The notes: a model not told the origin generated them from the sequence alone. Shown: positions 1 to 7,939, counted from the first letter of the stretch. The stretch is 64,000 bases of DNA from an uncultured virus (IMG/VR IMGVR_UViG_3300044706_000059) (IMGVR_UViG_3300044706_000059:1-64000); one strand, 5' to 3'. Numbers and translations are program-made.

Positions 1-100
1 GTCGGGCTTATTTTTTGCTAAATAACAACTATTTATTTTCATTTAGATTTAGTGCTTATTAATACTCTCTAAATGCAACTATGATGCAAACTTGCATGCA

Positions 101-556
101 CTACAGAAGCGTATCTTGGCTATATTGATCTGGCTGATTTATGGTTACTTCTATGTATCCTTGCTCTTGATTTACCCATTTTTTTGTTACCCGGACATCC
201 GCTATATAGTTATCTTCTATTAAAATCCCATCACAAAACCCCTTCGCGAGGTTGTCCCAATCCGGACGGCTGCAATGTAGCTTCATATGCATAGCTTCTT
301 TTTTATGCTTCCTCCATGATGGAGGAACTGGCATATAGAATACTATATGCATCCCTTGTTCGGTAGGTTTAAATCGCTGCTGTTTAGCAAGTGCAAGTAA
401 TGCCACTTTATATTTATTGTACCGTTCTATTCGCAATAATCGCTTCAGTCCATCCTTCCTGAGCTTATCTCTTGGTATTCTGAAAAATACAGCATCTCCC
501 TGAACTGTTCTAATTGCACTGACCGGAGTTATATTAAATACGTATTTTTTTTGCAT
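101..556 (-). CDS. rusA: RusA-like Holliday junction resolvase
   Basis: RPDWDNLAKGFCDGI..EDNYI matches the RusA catalytic motif; size is typical. Confidence 0.8.
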   Translation of the reverse strand: MQKKYVFNITPVSAIRTVQGDAVFFRIPRDKLRKDGLKRLLRIERYNKYKVALLALAKQQRFKPTEQGMHIVFYMPVPPSWRKHKKEAMHMKLHCSRPDWDNLAKGFCDGILIEDNYIADVRVTKKWVNQEQGYIEVTINQPDQYSQDTLL

Positions 557-1418
557 CTAAATAACGGTTCTTTATAGCACTTTGATGAAATAAGGCGTAG
601 TCCGATAGCCATGTTCTTGCGTCTTCAACTCGTTCGTAAATTTTCTCAATTACCGAATCATCCCTTTCTACTAAATGAGAAAAAACGCGCTCTTTTGCTG
701 GTATATCTGAATACCGTAGCTTTCGTTCTACAAATTCCCAATATCGTTCGAATTTATCAGAAACAATCCCGTCTGGGCACATTTCTGCCATTAAAATATC
801 TTTTTGCTGCTGAATAACTTCTTCCGGATGCTCTGTTAGACAATAACATATTTCCCCGTACTTTTTGCCAGATATTCCTAAGTACCCTTGCATCTGTAAA
901 TAATGTCTTTTATCCAATGGCTTATTCATAGCTCGTAAGAATGAACTCAAATCGAATGAGTTTTTTATTTCATAAACCTTATCTGACAATTCGATGGTTT
1001 TGGCATCCATTATATCTATAGCTCCAACTAAATAGTCATTTTTAATTTGTTTTTTATCTCTGTATAGGCTAATATTATACGCTTCAGATATTAAATCAGC
1101 GGCGCTTTTTTCTTTTTTCAACCCTTTAATCAATGCATCCGATGCCTCGCCACGCATAGTGTATTGCCGACCATACTTCCGAACGCGGTATAAAAACAAC
1201 AAATACGCCTGCGCTGAACTAGAAAATGATACTATCGGCGTAGTATCTCGCTTATCCAGTAATGAATTTAGTTCTTGCCGCTGTCGATCAGTCAATGGCT
1301 TTTCTTTAGTCAAGTATTTATCTATTTTATCCAATTGAGCCGTGGTTATAGCATCTTTTGAAGGTGCCATAATCATATGTATCCTAGAACAATTAATCCT
1401 TACCTGACTGAAGTCCAT
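534..1418 (-). CDS. YqaJ/lambda-exonuclease-like nuclease (paralog 1)
   Basis: N-terminal INCSRI, GLKKE, GAIDI..YEIKNS, HYLQMQGYL: PD-(D/E)xK YqaJ motifs. Confidence 0.75.
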   Translation of the reverse strand: MDFSQVRINCSRIHMIMAPSKDAITTAQLDKIDKYLTKEKPLTDRQRQELNSLLDKRDTTPIVSFSSSAQAYLLFLYRVRKYGRQYTMRGEASDALIKGLKKEKSAADLISEAYNISLYRDKKQIKNDYLVGAIDIMDAKTIELSDKVYEIKNSFDLSSFLRAMNKPLDKRHYLQMQGYLGISGKKYGEICYCLTEHPEEVIQQQKDILMAEMCPDGIVSDKFERYWEFVERKLRYSDIPAKERVFSHLVERDDSVIEKIYERVEDARTWLSDYALFHQSAIKNRYLDAKKIRI

Positions 1419-1569
1419 CGTTTTTTGTTTTTTTCTTTCTATCGCGCTCTTTAATAGCTTGCTGAATCAATTTTTCGGCAATAAAAGTAACCGGCCTTGA
1501 TTCTTGCTTTGCTAATTCAGTGACACGTTCATACGTATTTTCATCCAAATATACAGTAATTCGCTTCAT
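1393..1569 (-). CDS. Small ribbon-helix-helix (CopG/Arc-like) DNA-binding protein, 58 aa
   Basis: Manually translated MKRITVYLDENTYERVTELAKQESRPVTFIAEKLIQQAI; below the ORF-track cutoff. Confidence 0.65.
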   Translation of the reverse strand: MKRITVYLDENTYERVTELAKQESRPVTFIAEKLIQQAIKERDRKKKTKNDGLQSGKD

Positions 1570-1590
1570 GCTAATGTTTAAAGCCGCAAT

Positions 1591-2361
1591 TTACGGCAAA
1601 TTAGACAAAAAAATTGATTTCGGATAATGATTCATGTGTTTTTCATGAAATTCCTGCAACCATGCCCTCATTCTTGGTACTTTAGCCTTCATTTTCTCTA
1701 TTATTTTGTCATCCCGGTATACTTCCTGCTTAATTACTCGTTCGCGGTAGTCTATGTCAGGAAAAGTGAGTAGTTTTTCGAGATCAGCGGCTGCTTTTAC
1801 GTACTCCGGTGACATATCGGAGATCACATTCATTGAAAACAGGAGCTTTCTCTTTTCATCTTCAAGGATGCTGAAGGGACAATCTATCAATGTGTTGGCA
1901 ATACCCCCATAACCGGCACCCGAGAGGCAAAAATAGACTTGCAATTGAAGGTATTCGGAATTATCAACTTCTTCAGCCAGCTTTGGAAGGAATGTTTCTA
2001 GCTCCCAACGGGTTTTTAAGTCCCAAACTGAGTGTGCTTTATTAATTTCTTCACCTTCAAATACATCCAAATGACCTTTAAACCATTCGTTTTCAAGTTG
2101 TTCTTCATTCTTTTTGAATGGCCTGCCTTCTACACGGCTAAATAACTTGATTGATTCTTCCTCTCCTTCTGTTCCTTTTAGCATCTTATTCGTTGTAATA
2201 TCCTTTTTACGGCCATATACCTCTTGGCTGTATATTTTGATTAGTTCTTTTATGCAGGTCTTGGATAGCTTTCCTGCTTCCTTATCGGCCTTAGATTGGG
2301 GTTCAGTCATGAGATTGCCCCATGATGAAGCCCGGAATTTAATTTTAGAGAAGTCTATCAT
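1591..2361 (-). CDS. YqaJ/lambda-exonuclease-like nuclease (paralog 2)
   Basis: FRASSWG, KGTEGEE, GHLDV..WDLKT, YLQLQVY; alignable by eye with 534..1418. Confidence 0.75.
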   Translation of the reverse strand: MIDFSKIKFRASSWGNLMTEPQSKADKEAGKLSKTCIKELIKIYSQEVYGRKKDITTNKMLKGTEGEEESIKLFSRVEGRPFKKNEEQLENEWFKGHLDVFEGEEINKAHSVWDLKTRWELETFLPKLAEEVDNSEYLQLQVYFCLSGAGYGGIANTLIDCPFSILEDEKRKLLFSMNVISDMSPEYVKAAADLEKLLTFPDIDYRERVIKQEVYRDDKIIEKMKAKVPRMRAWLQEFHEKHMNHYPKSIFLSNLP

Positions 2362-2364
2362 AAT

Positions 2365-2616
2365 TTATTCATCTGATTTTACATATCCGTTGGCTTCGGC
2401 CCATTTTTCAAGTTCATTTTCAGAGAAGATATCCTGCACAGACTTATTGGCTTGTAAGTAGTCAGCTAAATCTTCTGTCTCAATTTCATCTAGAAGACTA
2501 TCAATATTGGGATCTTCAATGATCATTTGAATAGTATGAGCATTGTTAGTTTCTGTAGTTGCTGAACTATCTACTACTGTAATTCGCTTTGTCTTTGACA
2601 TGGTTATGATTTTCAA
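2365..2616 (-). CDS. Hypothetical phage protein
   Basis: ORF packed in the minus-strand operon. Confidence 0.6.
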   Translation of the reverse strand: MKIITMSKTKRITVVDSSATTETNNAHTIQMIIEDPNIDSLLDEIETEDLADYLQANKSVQDIFSENELEKWAEANGYVKSDE

Positions 2617-2975
2617 TTAGTTATACTTGTGATATCATTATCTGTATCTGGTAAATAATTAACATCATCGTTACCTTTTACTAAAACATCGAATGCTGCT
2701 TGTGTAGCATAAATGTCTATAGGGCAGCTACAATCGTGTGCATTTATTATGTCACCCAATTTGTTCATTATCGCCGTTAAATCCACTACTACTTCCGCTA
2801 ATAATTGATCTTTAGCTTCAATGCCTGGTTTGTGATATCCTTCTTTATCAGGAATAAATTTCATTTGCTCATTTACATCATTTAATGCGCAGGCCATATA
2901 ATTGATAGCGCCGGTAGCCATCATTATCTTGGCAATTGATTCTAGTTTTTGGGATTGTTGTTCTTTATCTTTCAT
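2613..2975 (-). CDS. Hypothetical phage protein
   Basis: ORF overlapping its neighbour by 4 bp. Confidence 0.65.
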   Translation of the reverse strand: MKDKEQQSQKLESIAKIMMATGAINYMACALNDVNEQMKFIPDKEGYHKPGIEAKDQLLAEVVVDLTAIMNKLGDIINAHDCSCPIDIYATQAAFDVLVKGNDDVNYLPDTDNDITSITN

Positions 2976-2977
2976 GT

Positions 2978-3256
2978 TTATTGATTTTCAGTTTCTTGTG
3001 GTGGTTTTACAAATTCGATAGGTAATGCTTGCGGGCGCACAACACCGATGAATTTATATTCAATAATCTCATAACAAGATCCAGTACCTTGACAGAAATG
3101 CGAAGCTAGTTCTACGGCTCTCTGTTCTGATTCGGCATACCAAGTGGACAGAGTGCCATCAGCAGAATTAGGGCCGATTATCATATGGCCCTCTTTTATG
3201 CGATGTCTTAAATCACCTGAAAGAATTTTATCCCATGTATTATCTTCCATATTCAT
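2978..3256 (-). CDS. Hypothetical phage protein
   Basis: Tightly packed operonic ORF. Confidence 0.6.
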   Translation of the reverse strand: MNMEDNTWDKILSGDLRHRIKEGHMIIGPNSADGTLSTWYAESEQRAVELASHFCQGTGSCYEIIEYKFIGVVRPQALPIEFVKPPQETENQ

Positions 3257-3480
3257 TGATATAGTTTTATGAGACTTATTTGGAATTGATTTGCAATAAG
3301 AAGGATTAATGTTTCTGCTGATCGTTTTGCCATAAAAGGGTCATTGTTCGCCCACTTATTTAGCTCCATCATTACTTCCATACGTTTCCTTTCTTCTTCT
3401 GATATTACGTTGGGATAGTATGGGAATGGTTTTATTGGTGGACTTACAGAACCGGCAGGCATTTCAAAATGTTCGTGCAT
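3253..3480 (-). CDS. Hypothetical phage protein
   Basis: ATGA-type overlap with the downstream ORF. Confidence 0.55.
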   Translation of the reverse strand: MHEHFEMPAGSVSPPIKPFPYYPNVISEEERKRMEVMMELNKWANNDPFMAKRSAETLILLIANQFQISLIKLYQ

Positions 3481-3573
3481 GTTGTATATGTTTTAGACTG
3501 TTTGTTTTGAATGAGTTATTCCATAAAAGAATAGATGCACTTCCTGGCTATTTGTTCTTCTAGTGATAGCATA

Positions 3574-3933
3574 TTATGGTTTTGAATTTGATTTACTTAC
3601 TTCATATCCTTGTCCGTGATGATGACCATTAAAGTATCCATAGAAGTAAGCGTAAATGTATGAGGCAGTAACGTCAGTATTGATACTCCATTTATGATCT
3701 TGTGCAAAGTTTATTATTTGAGCATCCAAGCTGCCTATGTAGTTGTAAAGCGTGTATAAGGTTTTAGTTATGGGTTTTCTGAAAAACCTTTTTATAACTA
3801 TTTTCCTTTCTTCTAGTAGGATAGTGTTATTCGACAGCGCCCTGACTTCTTGATACAATGCATTCAGATCAAGATCGGATACGTATGTGAATCTCTCTAT
3901 TTCCTCTTGACGTAAAAAGGTATGAATACCCAT
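3574..3933 (-). CDS. Hypothetical phage protein
   Basis: 119-aa ORF with A-rich leader. Confidence 0.6.
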   Translation of the reverse strand: MGIHTFLRQEEIERFTYVSDLDLNALYQEVRALSNNTILLEERKIVIKRFFRKPITKTLYTLYNYIGSLDAQIINFAQDHKWSINTDVTASYIYAYFYGYFNGHHHGQGYEVSKSNSKP

Positions 3934-3961
3934 TGTTTGATTTGCTTTTATTGGTTATTAA

Positions 3962-4276
3962 TTATTTTTTAGGTTTATCAACTTCTTCTGTTGTAAATGA
4001 CGCGCCAGATGTTTTATATAATTCGAGTATCTGTTCATAGTATTGAATACGCAATTCCGGAGGCATCCCTTTCTCTTTGTTTAATATTTCATGTAGCTGC
4101 TGGGCCTTGGTAATATTATCATCCTTATTAACTGTAAGAACAACCTTATCGGTTAATATCCCATTCATTATTATTTTAGTAGCTATTTCTTTTACTATTT
4201 CATCGCTTATTACTAGGACCGCCCCATCCTTTAACTCGAAGGCCATACCGATTTTAGTTACTTGTTCTTCTGTCAT
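3962..4276 (-). CDS. Hypothetical phage protein
   Basis: 104-aa ORF co-oriented with the operon. Confidence 0.6.
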   Translation of the reverse strand: MTEEQVTKIGMAFELKDGAVLVISDEIVKEIATKIIMNGILTDKVVLTVNKDDNITKAQQLHEILNKEKGMPPELRIQYYEQILELYKTSGASFTTEEVDKPKK

Positions 4277-4359
4277 GGTTCTACGTTTATAGCATGTTTG
4301 GTTATTAAAATATTTTCCTTACCCCTAAAATCCATAAGATTTATAAAATTTATATACTC

Positions 4360-4689
4360 TCATATAGCTTGTTTAACTGCATTTATTATTTCTTCTAAGC
4401 CTTCCTCAGAAATCTGCCAGCATAAAAGATTAAGATCAGCTAAGAGTACTGTTTCGTTCTTATTGAATTCTCTTTTGAATTGTTCCCGGTATTCGTTGGT
4501 TGTATTGTTGTGATTCAGAAAGTGAAGCTCTACATTCTTAACAGCATTAAGGACACCTTTTATTCGCATCTTCAAATCTCTTTTGGTATCATCCACCATT
4601 AACCTGGCACCATACTCTGCCAGTAAACTACCAATTATCATAATTTTAATGGCATCTACTGTATCCTGTTTTACTTGTGACTCGTTCAT
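4360..4689 (-). CDS. Hypothetical phage protein
   Basis: ORF overlapping the upstream stop. Confidence 0.6.
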   Translation of the reverse strand: MNESQVKQDTVDAIKIMIIGSLLAEYGARLMVDDTKRDLKMRIKGVLNAVKNVELHFLNHNNTTNEYREQFKREFNKNETVLLADLNLLCWQISEEGLEEIINAVKQAI

Positions 4690-4943
4690 TGGTTTGATTG
4701 TTGAGCGATATACTTTTCATATAATTGTTCTGTGGTTATACTTTCGGTAGCATCATTTATATTAGTCCATTGATCTTCATCGGTACATGAATATTCACAT
4801 TGACTTTGTAATGTCCATTTCATGAATGCAACTGCTTGTTGTTGTGCATATTCTTCCATTGCTACAACTACATTGCTGTATTCCTGAGCTTCTAATAAAC
4901 TACAATCGTTACAATGTTTATCTCGTATTTGTTCTGCTGTCAT
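4686..4943 (-). CDS. Hypothetical protein with AMEEYAQQQA-type module
   Basis: Module shared with the C-terminus of 4940..5599. Confidence 0.65.
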   Translation of the reverse strand: MTAEQIRDKHCNDCSLLEAQEYSNVVVAMEEYAQQQAVAFMKWTLQSQCEYSCTDEDQWTNINDATESITTEQLYEKYIAQQSNQ

Positions 4944-5599
4944 TGATTAGGTTCTTGGTGAATAAATTCATCATATAATTCATGGGTATTTATCCTTCCA
5001 CCGTCCCATGTGTCAATATCATGTGGTTTATGGTTGAATGCTATATAATTAGCAAATGCTATTGCTTGTTGCTTAGCAAATTCATCCATCGACTTAGGAA
5101 TGCCGCTTGCAAGATGTTCGTTTGATTTAAGGTCGAGATTAAAGCCTTCTCTAAATTCAGAAACCGTTATTTGTTTTTCGAGATATTTTTGGCACCATAT
5201 TGAGCGCCACCGGAAATACATTTTATTGGCAAGAAGCTGCCAGTTGTTAAACCTGTGATCGTGTAACCGACGCGGCTTTTTTTCGACGCTAAGATGCCCT
5301 GTTTCCCATATATAGATTAATCCGTATCGCTTATCAACTTCTTCTTTCTTAATCAAGTCCTTTGGACATACATAATAGAAGTAATTGGCGCAATTGTCGG
5401 ATTTATGTTTTTCTTTCTTTGCGTCGCTAAAATAATCTGATCTACTAATTTTTATCTCAAACTCTTTCGCTATTCCGTCAACGTCTAGTGCCCAGTAATC
5501 GGACTCCCATCCATATATGAAGGCATTAGGTACCTGGTAAGGATATTCCCGGTTATCGATCCAGCGGGCAAGCTCCTGAACAATGGATTTTTCTGTCAT
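4940..5599 (-). CDS. MmcB-like PD-(D/E)xK nuclease with a C-terminal extra module
   Basis: ESDYW..EFEIKISRSDYFSD..NYFYYVCP..YGLI. Confidence 0.7.
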   Translation of the reverse strand: MTEKSIVQELARWIDNREYPYQVPNAFIYGWESDYWALDVDGIAKEFEIKISRSDYFSDAKKEKHKSDNCANYFYYVCPKDLIKKEEVDKRYGLIYIWETGHLSVEKKPRRLHDHRFNNWQLLANKMYFRWRSIWCQKYLEKQITVSEFREGFNLDLKSNEHLASGIPKSMDEFAKQQAIAFANYIAFNHKPHDIDTWDGGRINTHELYDEFIHQEPNQ

Positions 5600-5708
5600 C
5601 GCTCCTTTTTTAATATTATATAGTTCTTTTCCTCAACCAATCCTGTGTATTCAAACCATACATTAGAGTCGCAAATTATTTGAGAATCAATAAGTACCTG
5701 CTCTTTAG

Positions 5709-5858
5709 TCATAATCTTGAAATATGTTTACCAATTAAATAAGACAAATAAAAGCCTATAAGAGAAGTTAAGGGAGAATACTCTAATGGTATATGTGTAC
5801 CTATGTAAAGTATAGTAAGAAGGGATATAGATAGTATGACTATTTTATATGGTTTCAT
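5709..5858 (-). CDS. Small two-TM membrane protein, 49 aa
   Basis: Manually translated MKPYKIVILSISLLTILYIGTHIPLEYSPLTSLIGFYLSYLIGKHISRL; coupled to both neighbours. Confidence 0.5.
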   Translation of the reverse strand: MKPYKIVILSISLLTILYIGTHIPLEYSPLTSLIGFYLSYLIGKHISRL

Positions 5859-6250
5859 TATGGTCGTGGGTATAGCGGATCTAATTGACTTAACCTTTTA
5901 TAATAAGCTTCTTCAAAACTCTTATTATTTTTTATTTGTGGATAATAAGCACGAAGAACATTTAAACTATTACATGACATAATATCTAACACTGTCAATC
6001 CTATTTCTCTATCTTCTGGTTTTACTTGTATTGAAGGTAAATAAGTATTGTTAGGAGTTACTTGGTAAGAACTTGGATGTTCATACACTCTACATCCACT
6101 TAAATACGCTTGTTGCAATATATATTCGTTGGCTTTGGCATAAGGTGGTTCTTCCGTTTCCTGATCGTAGGTCAGTTCATGCTTAAACCATTTCTTATTA
6201 CCATCAGGCAATGTAAATTCTTGGCTTACTCCTATTTTACAATCTTTCAT
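5858..6250 (-). CDS. Hypothetical phage protein (start revised to ATG at 6250, MKDCKIG)
   Basis: The track start at 6319 overlaps the upstream gene, whose stop ends at 6253. Confidence 0.6.
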   Translation of the reverse strand: MKDCKIGVSQEFTLPDGNKKWFKHELTYDQETEEPPYAKANEYILQQAYLSGCRVYEHPSSYQVTPNNTYLPSIQVKPEDREIGLTVLDIMSCNSLNVLRAYYPQIKNNKSFEEAYYKRLSQLDPLYPRP

Positions 6251-6252
6251 TT

Positions 6253-6423
6253 TTATATTGTGTTTACTAAAGCACGTTGATGCATTTTCTTTTCTTCCTC
6301 TGTTAATCCTTCCCAGCAATCCTTACAAACTACAGGATAACCGTGTTCATAACCGTTTTTAAATGGCATTACACAAAGTTCACATGCTTCTCCATTAATT
6401 ATTTGATCTGCGATATCACCCAT
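6253..6423 (-). CDS. Small zinc-ribbon protein, 56 aa
   Basis: MGDIADQIINGEACELC...GYPVVCKDCW; two CxxC pairs. Confidence 0.65.
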   Translation of the reverse strand: MGDIADQIINGEACELCVMPFKNGYEHGYPVVCKDCWEGLTEEEKKMHQRALVNTI

Positions 6424-6452
6424 AAATTATAGTTTGATTATTTTAAAATAAA

Positions 6453-6472
6453 GCTCCTATAGAAATAGGAGC
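6453..6472 (-). terminator. Intrinsic terminator-like hairpin
   Basis: GCTCCTAT/ATAGGAGC 8-bp stem followed by TTTATTTT on the minus strand. Confidence 0.55.
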
Positions 6473-6517
6473 CGTTTTATTATCACTTACCTTATGAAAA
6501 AAATATCAGTTTAAAAA

Positions 6518-6542
6518 AGCTCCGACCGAGTGCATCGGAGCT
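6518..6542 (-). terminator. Intrinsic terminator-like hairpin downstream of the RNA array
   Basis: AGCTCCGA/TCGGAGCT stem followed by a T-run on the minus strand. Confidence 0.6.
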
Positions 6543-6691
6543 ACACTAATCAGTAATACCAATAACCATAAACCTTATCCCTAAAAGAGTTAAATATTTT
6601 TCTGTAGAAAATCTCTGAGGTAGACACCCCGAGACTTTATGAGGGAGTCCCGTTCCTCATTAAACATTGCGTACCCTAAAAAAACAAAAAG

Positions 6692-6774
6692 TTAGGAGCG
6701 GCCATATTTCGCAACTCTTGCCTTTGGGTCTCCAACGAATACACTTTAGTATCCGGGCGATATTTCTCTCCTAA
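6692..6774 (-). ncRNA. Structured RNA module A of the array
   Basis: Closing stem TTAGGAG/CTCCTAA; internal hairpins CGGATAC/GTATTCG and TTGG-AGAC-CCAA. Confidence 0.55.
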
Positions 6775-6782
6775 TTAAAAAG

Positions 6783-6884
6783 TTTATTGGTTATACATGG
6801 TTCATCAGGCAGGCACTCAACTGGTAACCACAAACCTTAACCGGTATCAGCGCCCTTTCCGGGTTCGGAGTTATAACCAATAAA
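6783..6884 (-). ncRNA. Structured RNA module B
   Basis: Perfect 13-bp closing stem TTTATTGGTTATA/TATAACCAATAAA; internal GGGCGCT/AGTGCCT. Confidence 0.6.
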
Positions 6885-6891
6885 GAACGTA

Positions 6892-7042
6892 TGTATTTAT
6901 AGCTGCATTCGGTTTAGCTTACATAGTTTATTGTCGCTCACTTTCGGACTACTTAACCGGAAAGCTGTCTTTGAATACAGTTAAAGCGCGGCTTCTTAGC
7001 TATTTGATCAATTCTTCGCGCTAATGCACTACTATAAATACA
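6892..7042 (-). ncRNA. Structured RNA module C
   Basis: 11-bp closing stem TGTATTTATAG/CTATAAATACA extended by TGCATT/AATGCA; internal AGCGCG/CGCGCT. Confidence 0.6.
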
Positions 7043-7050
7043 ATAAAGTA

Positions 7051-7195
7051 TGTATTGACTAAAATCTGGCGGCGATTATTTTCGTGCTGCAAATCACGGG
7101 TTTTCGAAATCAGGATTGCGTTTTAAGCAATAAAGCTACTTCCCAACTGAAGCCATCCTTCCAGAATCAGCTTGCAATACCTATTAGCCAATACA
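7051..7195 (-). ncRNA. Structured RNA module D
   Basis: 12-bp closing stem TGTATTGGCTAA/TTAGTCAATACA whose one irregularity is a G-U pair on the minus strand. Confidence 0.6.
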
Positions 7196-7226
7196 ATAAG
7201 ATGTATATTATATTTTAAAGAACTTT

Positions 7227-7386
7227 CCCGGAGGGGTCGGTCTTTCCCGACTGTATAGGCCATATAAGCTGTACCTTCTCCGTGTTTTTATCGTGTCCAC
7301 GCGCTCACGTTGTATTATTCAAGTCCCCATAAAGGAACTGCACATCTCAGAACGGGGCCAGGATATGCGACTTAATTCACCCCGGA
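7227..7386 (-). ncRNA. Structured RNA module E
   Basis: Closing stem TCCGGGG/CTCCGGG; hairpins GCATATC/GATGTGC, AGTTCCT/GGGGACT, GTCGG/CCGAC. Confidence 0.5.
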
Positions 7387-7567
7387 TGGTGGATATGACT
7401 GGTGCCGACCCAGCTATCTGACAGTTGCCCCGCCCGCATTAGCGCCGCCAATGCTACCATACCTAAGAGCAGTTGATTAAAGAGTACTGCAAAACTCTGA
7501 GTGTTGCATTTGTTTTTTGCGCCATCCACCTAAGAACGCGTCACTGGTTGAACCACACAATCTATCC
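7387..7567 (-). ncRNA. CCA-ended tRNA-like / mini-tmRNA-like RNA
   Basis: 3' end GCTGG-GTCGGCA-CCAGT-CATATCC-ACCA; H-type pseudoknot at 7469-7498; tmRNA-like resume context AAAAAACAAAT-GCA. Confidence 0.45.
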
Positions 7568-7578
7568 AATAAGTTTAA

Positions 7579-7650
7579 TGACGGATGACAGGATTTACAC
7601 CTGCACCTTTACGTGATATGTTTGTGCTAAAAGTTACACCACATCCGTCA
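7579..7650 (-). ncRNA. Degenerate tRNA (acceptor, D and T arms intact; anticodon arm collapsed)
   Basis: ACGGATG/CATCCGT acceptor, GTGT/GCAC D stem, GCAGG-TGTAAAT-CCTGT T arm. Confidence 0.55.
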
Positions 7651-7657
7651 AAAAGTT

Positions 7658-7759
7658 TATTATCCCATTGTCCATGTATTCGATGTTTGTTAGGTCTTCA
7701 ATGAGTGTCATAACTATCGCCTTCAGGATCGCTTACGCGCTTTTGTCAATGGGATAATA
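7658..7759 (-). ncRNA. Structured RNA module G
   Basis: Perfect 13-bp closing stem TATTATCCCATTG/CAATGGGATAATA. Confidence 0.55.
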
Positions 7760-7826
7760 TGGTGCCGCCGTCCTTTCGGCATTCATTACTTATGAGATAA
7801 CGAATCGTTGTTTGCAACGCGGCGGG
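7760..7826 (-). ncRNA. 67-nt cloverleaf tRNA mimic with CUCAUAA loop and ACCA end
   Basis: CCCGCCG CGTTG-CAAA-CAACG ATTCGTTAT-CTCATAA-GTAATGAAT G CC-GAAA-GG A CGGCGGC ACCA. Confidence 0.65.
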
Positions 7827-7845
7827 TTTATTTCAAAGAATGTTA

Positions 7846-7921
7846 TTGGCTATTACGGATATTCCCGACTAAGCTCAGTAATTAACCCGCATCCTTTATG
7901 GAGGGAAGGATTAATAACCAA
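7846..7921 (-). ncRNA. Structured RNA module I
   Basis: 10-bp closing stem TTGGTTATTA/TAATAGCCAA (U-G on minus); hairpins ATCCTT/AAGGAT and CGG/CCG. Confidence 0.55.
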
Positions 7922-7939
7922 CTATTTAAAGAACTTATA

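Noticed and set aside
7387..7826. Canonical decoding tRNA genes
   Set aside because: None has a complete TTC T loop, GG D loop and standard anticodon arm together; reported as mimics instead
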